Shown: one piece after another, positions 1 through 8,983 of the stretch
Layout: each line of letters begins with the position of its first letter
Position numbering within the stretch: the stretch's first letter is position 1
Assembly (NCBI GenBank): GCA_965363745.1
Contig: CBDTVG010000001.1
Location: 1-26,421, forward strand
Direction of reading: 5' to 3'
DNA length: 26,421 nt
Source: an uncultured Candidatus Electrothrix sp.
GTDB taxonomy: Bacteria > Desulfobacterota > Desulfobulbia > Desulfobulbales > Desulfobulbaceae
The notes under the pieces: generated by a model
What the model saw: only the letters and a program-made list of their open reading frames with translations
The model's database searches: none
What the model was told of the DNA's origin: nothing
Program-made: the position numbers and the translations under genes

Positions 1-51
1 AAATGAGAATCAACTCATCCAGAAAGTGTCAACTGGCATATGAAGCATGCC
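1..51. mobile_element. Partial copy (one end) of the GGCATGCTTCA-ended MITE family, truncated by the window edge
   Basis: Bases 1-51 align without gaps to 8927-8977 (45/51 identical by eye), ending ...AAAGTGTCAACTGGCATATGAAGCATGCC. It lies 3 nt beyond the stop codon of the minus-strand NRPS. Confidence 0.8.
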
Positions 52-54
52 GAA

Positions 55-3000
55 TCATTTTGTATTCTCCTTATTTTCAATAAGGTATTCTGCAACTTCT
101 TTCGCTGTTGTCGCAAGATATTCTTGGATCATTTCCGCCAGCACAACGGTGTTGGCGGGCGAGACCATCGTAAAATGATTTCCCGGCGCTTCAATGACAT
201 CCATTCCCTGGCGGACGAAAGGCTTCCATTTTTCTATGGGTTTACCCATCTGATCGTCAAAAGGGATCCTCTTGGCAGGTTTAAAAAAGAGGATTTTACT
301 GTCCACAGAACATGGAGGGTTGTATAGACCGACAAGCTTATTATGGTGCTTGTACATATTGAACCAGTTTAGGGTCTGCTCCTGATCAATATCTGGCCGA
401 ATCATGCCGTTCATTTTGATAGCGTTGAGCAGATAAGCCACCTTCTTTTCTTCAGAGCAGTGCTGATCCAGCTCAATCTCATCTAGGCTCATTCCGTGAT
501 AATGAGGGATCCGATCCATAAGAAAATCAACATCATTATCTTTCCAGACAATAGCCTGTGGTTCAGGAGGATCGATCATAATTAAGAGAGGGGCTTTTTC
601 ACCCATCTGTTCCAGTAGACGGGTCATCTCAAAGATAACGGTTCCGCCGAAGGACCAACCGCCGAGCAGATACGGCCCTTTAGGCTGTATCTTCCGCATT
701 GCGGTAACATAATCTCTAGCCATTGCTTCAATGCTTTCGTGAAAAGCTTCGCCCAATTCAGCCCCTCTAGGATGAATGGCATAAAAGGGGCGTTCCTTAC
801 CCATAAATAGAGCCATTTCAAGCACGTTGAAGGCTGAGCCGCCCGATGCATGAGCAAAGAAAAGGGGAGTGCCTTTGCCTTTAGCCTGATGGCAGACCAT
901 TGGCTGCCAAGCTGGTATTGGTGTATCCTGACGCAGAACGGCGGCAAGTTGTTCTAACGTACGATTCTGGAACAGGGTATGCAGGGGCAGGGTACGGTCA
1001 AGCTCCTCCCGAATATGGAAGATCATCCGCATTGCTAGCAGGGAGTCGCCGCCGATGTCAAAAAAATCATCCTGCACGCTGACAGGGGAAATATCAAACA
1101 GTTTTTCCCAAATTTGGATAAGACTCAGCTCTACAGCATCACGTGCGCAGACATAGGAGGACTTTCTTATTTTTGGTGCAGGCAAGGCTTTACGATCAAT
1201 CTTGCCGTTGGCTGAGAGCGGGAGGGTCTCAAGGAACATAAAAATGGCCGGAACCATATATTCGGGCAGTGTCTGCTTGAGATGTTCTTTCAGTTTGAGG
1301 GGCAGGTCTAGATCATCTGCGTTTTGTTCTTTTTTGACCACATATGCAACCAGCTGTTTGGATCCGCTATCAGTCTCTCGCATGACGACAACGCATTCCC
1401 TGATAATTGAAAGTTGGAGCACAGCCGACTCAATTTCACCCAGTTCGATCCGGAAACCGCGCAGTTTGACCTGATGGTCAATCCGCCCGAGATACTCCAG
1501 ATTACCGTTCGGCAACCACCTGGCCAGATCACCGGTCTTGTAAACCCGTTCGTTTATGCCAAACAGTTCAATTTTAATGAAGGCCTTGGCTGTCAGATCA
1601 GGACGGTTAAGATAGCCAAGTCCGACCTGTAGTCCACCTATGTAAAGTTCGCCTGGCACGCCAACCGGCATAGGTCGATGGTTCCTATCTAAGACATAGA
1701 GCCGTGTATTGGCCACCGGTCTGCCGATAGGAATAGTAGTGAGTATATCGTCCGATTGACAGGGCCAATGACTCACGTCAATTGCCGCTTCAGTCGGGCC
1801 GTAGAGGTTGTGCAGTTCCGTTCCAAATTTTCCAAAACAGGAAAAAAATTGCTGTACATGTTCTGGTGCTAGGGCCTCGCCGCTACATATTACCCGTTTT
1901 AGGCTACTGCACTGGGCTGTATCTGCATGGGTGAGAAAGGTCTGAAGCATGGAGGGGACAAAATGAATAGTTGTCACCTGCTGTTCAGCAATCAAGGTGG
2001 TCAGATAGACCGGATCTTTATGGCCTTCAGGCTTGGCCAGCACCAATCCAGCTCCGGTTATCAAGGGCCAGAAAAACTCCCAAATCGACACGTCAAAGCT
2101 GAAGGTGGTCTTCTGAAGGACACGATCTATAGGAGTTAGCTGATAGGTTTCCTGCATCCATAAAAGACGGTTGACGATCCCGCTGTGGGCGTTCATTGCG
2201 CCCTTGGGTGTGCCGGTTGAGCCGGAGGTGTAGATCATATAGGCTAGATCATCTGGCTGTCGTTTGACAACCGGATTCTCTGTCGACTGATCGGCACCAC
2301 CGTCCACATCCAAGCAAAGCACAGTGCATGCGTGTTTCAGTTCCTTAATCGGTAGCGCATTTTTCTGATGGCTCAGGGTGAGCAGCACTGAGACTGCACT
2401 ATCCTCTATCATGTACCTGATGCGTTCTTGTGGGTATTCTGGGTCAATGGGCACATAGGCTAACCCGGCTTTGAGAACAGCAAGCAGAGCGATAACCATT
2501 TCCTGAGAACGCTCCAAGCATATACCTATCAGGGGATTTTCTGTATTTTTATGCTCAAGCAAAAGATAGGCTAGCTGATTGGCCTTTTTGTTGAGCCAGT
2601 GGTAGGTCAGCTGTTTTTCACCGAAGATTAAGGCAATGGCATCTGGTGTTTTCTGTGCCTGCTCTTCAAAAAGATCGGCAATGGTTTGATCTTCATCAGA
2701 ATATTTCCGTGTTGTGTCATTCCAAGCTTGGAGCAGCTTTACTTCTTTTTCTGAAATGATTGGCAGTTGACCGACAGGCTGTTGTGGATTTTTGACAATC
2801 GCTGTGAGCAGTATTTCGAACTGTTCAGCTATGCGCTCAACAGTTTGTGCTTTAAACAGATCTCGGTTGTAATTGAACGAGCCTTTGAGCTGTTCACCAT
2901 CGTTCACCGTCAATGTAAGGTCAAACTGTCCTTCCATCTGCCCCATATCAAGCAGGGAACTCTGTAGACCTGGAATAGCAGAGGGAAAAAATTTTGCCGG

Positions 3001-4134
3001 TTTAAAGTCCAGCATCGCTTGGAACAGGGGCGAGTAACTGGAATCCCGGTGCGGCTGCAAAGTTTTCACCAGCAGAGGGAAGGGGTAGGCTGTATGTTCT
3101 AGTGTTTCCAAAACTCTTTGTCTATTCTGGCCAAGGAGCTCATAAAAGGAAGGCTCGTTAGCTGAATCAATAGTGGCCCGCAAGACTATTGGATTAACCA
3201 AGTAGCCAATGGTGTTTGAAAATCTGGTGTCATTACGACCTGTTGATGCAGGAGTGCCCACCCATATTTCATTCTGGCCAGTATAGCGATGCAGCAAGAT
3301 TTGAAATGCGGTCAACAGCAAGGTGAAAAGAGTCGTCTCTTGCTGCCGGGCCATACTGTTGAGCTGCTTGGTAAGCTGAGGTGTAAGAGCATAGGGAATA
3401 GCTGCTCCATTATAGGTCTGTATAGCTGGACGAGGAAAGTCTGTGGTCAGATTAAGCACTGGTGGACTGCCGCTTAAACGATTTTTCCAGTACTGCGCCA
3501 ACTCTTCACCTACAGGGCTGTCCATTAGGCCAGCCTCATCCCTGACGAACTCTGAATAGCTTGCAGATATGGTAGGGAGAAAAACTTTCTCTCCATTACC
3601 TTCAGCTTGGCAGAGGATAAGCAACTCGTTGCTCAGGATATTCATGCTCCATGCATCACCGAACAAGTGATGCATGGTCAGGAGAAGGATATGTTGCTCT
3701 TTGCCTATATAAAACAGATCGACACGCAAAATCGGCCCGCTGCTTAATGCAAAGGGCTGTTCATAAGCTCCCCTTAATGCTGTCTGTAGCTCTTGCTCCG
3801 ACCAATTTTCCGCTTGATGTTCAGTCAATTGATAGGTACCGGTTGGATGAACTGTTTGAACCGGCTCTCCTGCTGCAAGTTCAACGGTGCTGCGTAATGC
3901 CGGATGGCGGTGAACGAGCTTTTGCAGGGCAGAGGGTAATCCAAGGATATTTAGGTTCCCCTGGATCTTTAGAGGCCATGCCATATGGTAAGCTGGGCTA
4001 TCCGGGGCATTCTGGTAGATAAACCAGAGAGATTGCTGCCCATAGGATAAGGGATAACTATATGCTTGTTTTTTTTGCTCCAGCAATCGGGCCAGCAGGG
4101 CTTCTTTGTCAGAGATTGAATTTTTTTGGCTCAT
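55..4134 (-). CDS. NRPS termination module C-A(Ser)-T-TE (1359 aa)
   Basis: C domain PLSYGQQSLW and MHHLFGDAWS; A-domain cores YTSGSTGTPKG, NLYGPTE, YKTGDLARW, QVKLRGFRIELGEIE, NGKIDR; T domain FFDIGGDSL; TE GWSFGG and GNHF. The specificity code read by eye is DVWHISLIDK (Ser type). An AAGGA Shine-Dalgarno lies upstream of the ATG on the minus strand. Confidence 0.95.
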   Translation of the reverse strand: MSQKNSISDKEALLARLLEQKKQAYSYPLSYGQQSLWFIYQNAPDSPAYHMAWPLKIQGNLNILGLPSALQKLVHRHPALRSTVELAAGEPVQTVHPTGTYQLTEHQAENWSEQELQTALRGAYEQPFALSSGPILRVDLFYIGKEQHILLLTMHHLFGDAWSMNILSNELLILCQAEGNGEKVFLPTISASYSEFVRDEAGLMDSPVGEELAQYWKNRLSGSPPVLNLTTDFPRPAIQTYNGAAIPYALTPQLTKQLNSMARQQETTLFTLLLTAFQILLHRYTGQNEIWVGTPASTGRNDTRFSNTIGYLVNPIVLRATIDSANEPSFYELLGQNRQRVLETLEHTAYPFPLLVKTLQPHRDSSYSPLFQAMLDFKPAKFFPSAIPGLQSSLLDMGQMEGQFDLTLTVNDGEQLKGSFNYNRDLFKAQTVERIAEQFEILLTAIVKNPQQPVGQLPIISEKEVKLLQAWNDTTRKYSDEDQTIADLFEEQAQKTPDAIALIFGEKQLTYHWLNKKANQLAYLLLEHKNTENPLIGICLERSQEMVIALLAVLKAGLAYVPIDPEYPQERIRYMIEDSAVSVLLTLSHQKNALPIKELKHACTVLCLDVDGGADQSTENPVVKRQPDDLAYMIYTSGSTGTPKGAMNAHSGIVNRLLWMQETYQLTPIDRVLQKTTFSFDVSIWEFFWPLITGAGLVLAKPEGHKDPVYLTTLIAEQQVTTIHFVPSMLQTFLTHADTAQCSSLKRVICSGEALAPEHVQQFFSCFGKFGTELHNLYGPTEAAIDVSHWPCQSDDILTTIPIGRPVANTRLYVLDRNHRPMPVGVPGELYIGGLQVGLGYLNRPDLTAKAFIKIELFGINERVYKTGDLARWLPNGNLEYLGRIDHQVKLRGFRIELGEIESAVLQLSIIRECVVVMRETDSGSKQLVAYVVKKEQNADDLDLPLKLKEHLKQTLPEYMVPAIFMFLETLPLSANGKIDRKALPAPKIRKSSYVCARDAVELSLIQIWEKLFDISPVSVQDDFFDIGGDSLLAMRMIFHIREELDRTLPLHTLFQNRTLEQLAAVLRQDTPIPAWQPMVCHQAKGKGTPLFFAHASGGSAFNVLEMALFMGKERPFYAIHPRGAELGEAFHESIEAMARDYVTAMRKIQPKGPYLLGGWSFGGTVIFEMTRLLEQMGEKAPLLIMIDPPEPQAIVWKDNDVDFLMDRIPHYHGMSLDEIELDQHCSEEKKVAYLLNAIKMNGMIRPDIDQEQTLNWFNMYKHHNKLVGLYNPPCSVDSKILFFKPAKRIPFDDQMGKPIEKWKPFVRQGMDVIEAPGNHFTMVSPANTVVLAEMIQEYLATTAKEVAEYLIENKENTK

Positions 4135-4235
4135 TAATTTTTTCCTTGTGATCTTCTCTCTTTATAGCTTTTTTGGAATCAAAGCCTTAAATATATGGAG
4201 TATGTTCCAAAGCGAAAAAAATACTTTTTAATTAT

Positions 4236-4982
4236 CTATTTCAGTTGCTGCAAGATAGCATCAATGACTATTTTGGGTTTACTTTGAACAAAGAAATGAT
4301 CCCCTGGAAACAGCTGAGATGAAAATTGGACACTGGTTTCAAATTTCCATGCTTCGAGCCTATCTGGGCTTACCTCTGAGTCATCCTCACCGCTAAAGGC
4401 TGTTACAGGACACTCCAGTGGACTTTCCTTGCGGTAAACATACTGTTCACTCATACAGAAATCACCTCGAAGTGCTGGCATCATCAGGGTGAGCAGTTCG
4501 TTATTTTCCAGCACCGGCTGCGGGATCATCTTGTATTGCTTTTTTACAGCCTGAATAAACTGTTGATCCGGAAGTTTATGAAAGAAAGGCCTTATAAGAG
4601 GAAGATGCGGTGCTGACTGTCCGGCAACAAACAGATGGCTTGGTATTGGAAGACTTCGCCGTCGTAGTTCGCGTGCAGTCTCAAAAGCCATTTTTGCTCC
4701 AAGGCTATGTCCAAAAAGGGCAAAAGGTTTATCGAGATAAGAAGTAATCACAGAGACCGTATTATCTACCAGTTTATCCAGATTATTCATTGCAGGCTCA
4801 AACATCCGGTTTTCTCGTCCTGGCGGTTGCAGGGCTATCAGCTCTATGCTATTAGGAAGATATTCAGTCCAATCTCTATATATTGAGGCCCCACCTCCAC
4901 CATGGGGAAAACAAAATAAGCGAGTTTTTGCCTCAGCTTGAGGTAGTGGACAGGATAATAATTTGGGATGTTGAGAAGTCAT
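4236..4982 (-). CDS. Type II (editing) thioesterase, GrsT/SrfAD/AnaA-like (248 aa)
   Basis: RLFCFPHGGGGAS, PGRENR, FGHSLG (catalytic Ser) and PGDHFF (catalytic His); stand-alone size typical of a TEII. Confidence 0.93.
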   Translation of the reverse strand: MTSQHPKLLSCPLPQAEAKTRLFCFPHGGGGASIYRDWTEYLPNSIELIALQPPGRENRMFEPAMNNLDKLVDNTVSVITSYLDKPFALFGHSLGAKMAFETARELRRRSLPIPSHLFVAGQSAPHLPLIRPFFHKLPDQQFIQAVKKQYKMIPQPVLENNELLTLMMPALRGDFCMSEQYVYRKESPLECPVTAFSGEDDSEVSPDRLEAWKFETSVQFSSQLFPGDHFFVQSKPKIVIDAILQQLK

Positions 4983-5087
4983 TCGTTTTTATGTTTTTTA
5001 GTTGTGTAATGGATGCGAACAAAATTGTGAATTATCCATATCGTATTCAGTCGATTCTGGAGTATTTCAACTTTTTTAGCGTAAGTG

Positions 5088-5191
5088 TTGATAGTCTATT
5101 AAAAAGTCAGAATTTGCGTTTTTGGCAATGACAACTCAATGAGTTACGATGCAAAAAAAATGGAAATTTGGGATTTTTTACTAATCCATCA
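5088..5191. mobile_element. MITE-like ~104-bp element, degenerate copy 1 of a tandem pair
   Basis: TTGATAGTCTATTAAAAAGTCAGAATTTGCGTTTTTGGCAA...GGATTTTTTACTAATCCATCA, a direct repeat of 5202-5304 with eroded inverted ends. Confidence 0.75.
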
Positions 5192-5201
5192 TATTTAAAT
5201 A

Positions 5202-5304
5202 TTGATAGTCTCGTAAAAAGTCAGAATTTGCGTTTTTGGCAACGATAACTCAATGGGTTACGAAGCAAAAAGTGGGTATTTTGGACTTTTTACGAATTCA
5301 TCAA
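5202..5304. mobile_element. MITE-like ~103-bp element, copy 2, with clear terminal inverted repeats
   Basis: The left end TTGATAGTCTCGTAAAAAGTC and the right end GACTTTTTACGAATTCATCAA are imperfect reverse complements. There is an internal small palindrome TAACTC-AAT-G(G/A)GTTA and no coding capacity. Confidence 0.8.
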
Positions 5305-5393
5305 ATATTAAAAAGGACATGTCGTCATATGGGTATCGAGCATAATTAACATTTAACTGTTTTGTATACAACATATATTTTTCTAAAAAAAAA

Positions 5394-5693
5394 ATAACTA
5401 CTCAGCTAGCCCCAAGTCTTGACAGAAGCAACAAATTAAGATTATTTTAGGATCCCCGAGCAGTACGAAATTCGTACGACCTTTGCTGAAGGAGAGGAAG
5501 CGGTCATCGCATTGTTCAGCGTTCAGCGGCGTACTCTTAAGCGGGCCGAAAAACCGGATCATACAGAAACATATTCCCTTGGCGCATGTGAAAACTGCCA
5601 GAGAACGCTGACGATGTCGCCGTCGTCGGAGATGAGGAAAAATGGAACTATGTCGCTGTGCCATCAAAGGCGGATTTTAAATCCAGCAGTTAT
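5394..5693 (+). pseudogene. Internally deleted IS66-family transposase remnant
   Basis: From ~5464 the plus strand reads YEIRTTFAEGEEAVIALFSVQ fused to RTLKRAEKPDHTETYSLGACENCQRTL, then after a frameshift DVAVVGDEE. This resembles the N-terminus and the CxxC zinc-finger region of IS66-type transposases. It is bounded by ATAACTACTCAG (5394) and CCAGCAGTTAT (ending 5693), possible eroded terminal inverted repeats. Confidence 0.6.
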
Positions 5694-5725
5694 TTAATTC
5701 CCGTTTATTAGGGCTTTGTTGAAAA

Positions 5726-5749
5726 AGGGCTGAAGCCCTCACTACGAAC
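5726..5749 (-). repeat. GTAG-type REP-like palindrome
   Basis: The minus strand reads GTTC-GTAG-TG-AGGGC-TTCA-GCCCT, a GTAG tetranucleotide followed by a 5-bp GC-rich hairpin. A degenerate inverted partner (CGTTTATTAGGGCTTT) lies at ~5702-5717. Confidence 0.6.
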
Positions 5750-5767
5750 CTTCACGGAAGATTTTCA

Positions 5768-6913
5768 ATGGATTTTACATGGAATGAAGAACAACTGTCG
5801 TATAAAGATGCTGCGGTTAACTTTGCGCAAAAGGAACTCTGCGTGGGTGTAACGGATGATGACCGGCATGAAACCTTTCCTCAAAAACGGTGGCGAAAGT
5901 GTGCGGAGTTCGGCGTGTTGGGTTTGCCTTTTCCGGAAACCTACGGCGGGACAGAAGTAGATGTCCTGACCACCATGCTGGTCATGGAGGGGCTGGGGTA
6001 TGGCGGTAAGGACAACGGCCTACTCTTTGCCCTCAATGCCCAAATGTGGGCGGTGCAACATCCTATCCACAAATTCGGTTCCGTTGAACAACAGGAAAAG
6101 TATCTGCCTCGCTTGATTGCAGGCGAACTTATCGGCTCGCATGGCATAAGCGAGCCTGATTCCGGCTCAGATGCGTACAACATGCGTGCCCGCGCGAAAA
6201 AGTGCGAGGGCGGCTATATCCTCAACGGTGTCAAAACCCTTGTCACCAATGCACCGGTAACCGACTTGGCTTTGGTCTTTGCGATGACGGCGCCGGAAAA
6301 GCGCAGTTGGGGGGTCAGTGCCTTTCTGCTTGAGACGGGAACCCCCGGTTTTTCCTTGAGCAAGAATATCGAAAAGATGGGACTGCGCACCGCGCCCATG
6401 GGCGAACTGATTCTGCAAGATTGCTTTGTGGCGGAAGCCAACCGACTGGGACCGGAAAACATCGGCGCACAGATTTTTAACAGTTCCATGGAATGGGAGC
6501 GTGCTTGCATCCTTGGCGCCCATGTGGGAGCAATGGAACGACAGTTAGAAGAATGTACGGCCTATGTGCGTGCGCGCAAGCAATTTGGGCGGTCCATTGG
6601 CAAATTTCAGTCCGTTTCTAATCGGCTGGTTGAGATGAAAATACGGCTGGAAACGGCTCGCCTGCTCCTCTACAAAACGGCTTGGCTCATAAAAGCGGGA
6701 CAGCCGGCCAAGATGGAAGCGGCCATGGTCAAACTTTACTTGAGTGAGGTCTTTACCGCCTCAAGCCTGGATGCGATTCGCATTCACGGCGGTTATGGTT
6801 ACACGACAGAATTTGAAGTTGAACGGGATTTGCGCGATGCCATTGGCGGTATACTCTATTCAGGAACGTCAGACATTCAACGCAACATCATCGCCAATTA
6901 TCTGGGAGTGTAG
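5768..6913 (+). CDS. Acyl-CoA dehydrogenase-family prolyl-S-carrier protein dehydrogenase (AnaB/PltE/RedW-like, 381 aa)
   Basis: ACAD motifs SEPDSGSD, LNGVKTLVTNA, KMGLRT, RKQFGRSIGKFQ, IHGGYGY and GTSDIQR; subfamily features EGLGYGGKDNG and SMEWER (catalytic Glu position of AnaB type); directly upstream of a Pro A domain and a carrier protein. Confidence 0.9.
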   Translation: MDFTWNEEQLSYKDAAVNFAQKELCVGVTDDDRHETFPQKRWRKCAEFGVLGLPFPETYGGTEVDVLTTMLVMEGLGYGGKDNGLLFALNAQMWAVQHPIHKFGSVEQQEKYLPRLIAGELIGSHGISEPDSGSDAYNMRARAKKCEGGYILNGVKTLVTNAPVTDLALVFAMTAPEKRSWGVSAFLLETGTPGFSLSKNIEKMGLRTAPMGELILQDCFVAEANRLGPENIGAQIFNSSMEWERACILGAHVGAMERQLEECTAYVRARKQFGRSIGKFQSVSNRLVEMKIRLETARLLLYKTAWLIKAGQPAKMEAAMVKLYLSEVFTASSLDAIRIHGGYGYTTEFEVERDLRDAIGGILYSGTSDIQRNIIANYLGV

Positions 6914-6917
6914 CAAC

Positions 6918-8459
6918 ATGGCTTATCTCTTATCCCAATTGCTGACGCAAAGTGCCCAGGCCCATGCCGAACGTCCGGCGGTGGCAGATGGAAAACGCCA
7001 ACTTACCTATCGCGCTTTGGATGAATTGAGCAACTGTTTCGCTCAGCAGTTGCTCCAGGCTGGAGTCACACGAGGTGATCGTGTGGGCATCTATCTGAAA
7101 AAATCATTAGAAGCCGTCGCTGCAATTTTTGGGGTGCTGAAAATCGGGGCTACCTATGTGCCGCTTGACTCTGCCGCACCGCTCCAGCGTATTGCCTACA
7201 TTGTCCAAAATTGCCGGATGAAGGCGCTGGTGAGTACAAGGCAAAAAATGGCGGCATTCCAAAACAAGTTATCAGAAATCAAAAATAAGCCTACACCGAT
7301 TTTGATCGATGATCAGCAGGCGCTTGCAGCGGCGCCATCTGACCCTCCCCCTGATCCGCAATCGATCGAGAACGACTTGGCCTACATCCTTTACACTTCC
7401 GGCTCGACGGGTATGCCTAAGGGAGTGATGATCAGCCATCGCGCATCGCTCACTTTTGTGGATTGGGCCTGTGACACCTTTGCGGTGCAGCCAGCGGATC
7501 GCGTCAGTAGCCATGCCCCTTTCCACTTTGACCTGTCGATTTTTGATATTTTTGTGACGATTAAGGCGGGCGGGACGTTGGTGCTAGTGCCGCCCGCACT
7601 TTCGGTCTTTCCCCGCGATCTGACTGATTTTATAGCCAGGCAGGAGATATCTATCTGGTATTCAGTGCCGTCGGCGCTGATACAGATGTTGCTTTACGGT
7701 CAATTGGAACGTCATGCCTTTGCCAAGCTGCGTACTATTTTATTTGCCGGCGAGGTCTTTCCGGTCAAGCATCTGCGGCAACTGATGAGCCGGATCCCCC
7801 ATGCCGGTTATCACAACCTTTATGGTCCCACCGAGACGAATGTTTGCACTTGGCACAAGGTTTCGCCGCTTGCTCCTGACTGCAGTAAACCAATCTCTAT
7901 TGGCAAGGCCTGCGCCAATAGCGAAATTCTGGTGTTCAACGAACAGAATGAGCTGGCAGCGCCAGACGAAACCGGCGAACTTTGCGTGCGCGGACCGGGT
8001 TTGATGAGCGGTTACTGGGGATTGCCGGAGCGTACCGCTGAGTCCCTCACGCACTGCCGCGTCCATGACCTAGCGTCGGAGTTAATTTACCGCACCGGCG
8101 ATTTGGCACGGAAAGAGCATGACGGCAACTACACCTATTTAGGCCGCCGCGACAATCAGATTAAAAGCCGGGGTTATCGCATTGAGCTGGGTGAGATTGA
8201 GACGGCGCTATACAGCCATCCGGCGGTGGAAGAGGCCGCGGTAATTCCGATTCCTGATGAGGAGATTGGGAATCGCATCCGGGCTGTTTTGGTTGTCCGC
8301 AATGGAGAGCAACTGACGCACAGCGCGTTGGATGTTTTTTGCGCCGCGCACTTGCCCAAATATATGATGCCCCACGAAGTCGAGTTCCGGGATGCCTTGC
8401 CTAAAACATCAACGGGAAAGGTGGATAAGATGCAACTGTGCCGGGAAAGCACAAGCTGA
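6918..8459 (+). CDS. Stand-alone proline adenylation enzyme (AnaC/PltF/RedM-like, ~513 aa)
   Basis: YTSGSTGMPKG, HAPFHFDLS, NLYGPTETNVC, YRTGDL, RIELGEIE and TGKVDK. The code read by eye is DLFYLALVCK, matching pyrrole-pathway Pro-activating enzymes. The start is placed at ATG 6918, 4 nt after the dehydrogenase stop, rather than at the ORF-track TTG 6744. Confidence 0.9.
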   Translation: MAYLLSQLLTQSAQAHAERPAVADGKRQLTYRALDELSNCFAQQLLQAGVTRGDRVGIYLKKSLEAVAAIFGVLKIGATYVPLDSAAPLQRIAYIVQNCRMKALVSTRQKMAAFQNKLSEIKNKPTPILIDDQQALAAAPSDPPPDPQSIENDLAYILYTSGSTGMPKGVMISHRASLTFVDWACDTFAVQPADRVSSHAPFHFDLSIFDIFVTIKAGGTLVLVPPALSVFPRDLTDFIARQEISIWYSVPSALIQMLLYGQLERHAFAKLRTILFAGEVFPVKHLRQLMSRIPHAGYHNLYGPTETNVCTWHKVSPLAPDCSKPISIGKACANSEILVFNEQNELAAPDETGELCVRGPGLMSGYWGLPERTAESLTHCRVHDLASELIYRTGDLARKEHDGNYTYLGRRDNQIKSRGYRIELGEIETALYSHPAVEEAAVIPIPDEEIGNRIRAVLVVRNGEQLTHSALDVFCAAHLPKYMMPHEVEFRDALPKTSTGKVDKMQLCRESTS

Positions 8460-8517
8460 GACTTGCACCGCCATAACAAAAAACCGCTATTGTCAAATAA
8501 TCAGGAGATAAAAAATC

Positions 8518-8778
8518 ATGGTTCGAACTACAGCTGAGATTCAAAATGTCATTAAGAATTACATCATCCAGGAGCTTATGTATGACCGACCGGGAGTGGA
8601 GTTGACGATTGACACCCCTCTGATTGAGGAAGACATTATCGACTCGATGGGAATTTTCCGCTTGATCGCCTTTTTGGAAGAAGAGTTTGGCTTTACCCTG
8701 AAGCATGAAGAAGTGGTGATGGAATCGTTTGAGACGATTGTCGCCATTGCCGCCTTGGTGGAAGCTCGTTTATCTTAA
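8518..8778 (+). CDS. Free-standing acyl/peptidyl carrier protein (AnaD/PltL/RedO-like, 86 aa)
   Basis: Small acidic protein with IIDSMGI (phosphopantetheinylation Ser), FLEEEFG and FETI; AGGAG Shine-Dalgarno at 8503-8507. Confidence 0.92.
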   Translation: MVRTTAEIQNVIKNYIIQELMYDRPGVELTIDTPLIEEDIIDSMGIFRLIAFLEEEFGFTLKHEEVVMESFETIVAIAALVEARLS

Positions 8779-8795
8779 TTGAAATAAACAAAAAT

Positions 8796-8977
8796 GGCAT
8801 GCTTCATATGCCCTTAAAAGTAGTTGACACTTTTCACAAGAACTGTGCCAGCTCATTGCCATAAGACAAGTATAGCAACAAGGCAACTTTCTTATATTAC
8901 ATGAACTTTAAAGGATTTACGGTTTGAAATCAGACTCAACTCATTCAGAAAGTGTCAACTGGGACTTGAAGCATGCC
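8796..8977. mobile_element. Complete 182-bp MITE with bipartite terminal inverted repeats and an 8-bp target-site duplication
   Basis: Left end GGCATGCTTCATATG..AGTTGACACTTT and right end AAAGTGTCAACT..TGAAGCATGCC. It is flanked by the direct repeat ACAAAAAT at 8788-8795 and 8978-8985. Confidence 0.88.
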
Positions 8978-8983
8978 ACAAAA

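Noticed and set aside
40..4022. Short ORFs overlapping the Ser NRPS (e.g. 40-327, 624-947, 3651-4022)
   Set aside because: These are antisense or off-frame shadows of a long motif-rich gene, with no recognisable motifs.
5088..5304. Possible CRISPR array
   Set aside because: There are only two ~104-bp units, similar along their whole length, with no unique spacers and no cas genes.
5463..5477. Palindrome GTACGAA-A-TTCGTAC as a possible operator
   Set aside because: It occurs once, lies inside the transposase-like remnant, and has no regulator nearby; chance cannot be excluded.
4883..5667. ORFs 4883-5131 (+) and 5398-5667 (-)
   Set aside because: The first overlaps the TEII gene and a MITE, and the second is antisense to the transposase remnant; neither looks protein-like.
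6744..6917. ORF-track N-terminal extension of the Pro adenylation enzyme from TTG 6744
   Set aside because: It overlaps the conserved C-terminus of the dehydrogenase by 170 nt and shows no A-domain similarity; ATG 6918 directly follows the stop.
8824..8829. TTGACA in the MITE end as a sigma70 -35 box
   Set aside because: No convincing -10 hexamer at 16-18 nt spacing; the hexamer is part of the inverted repeat.
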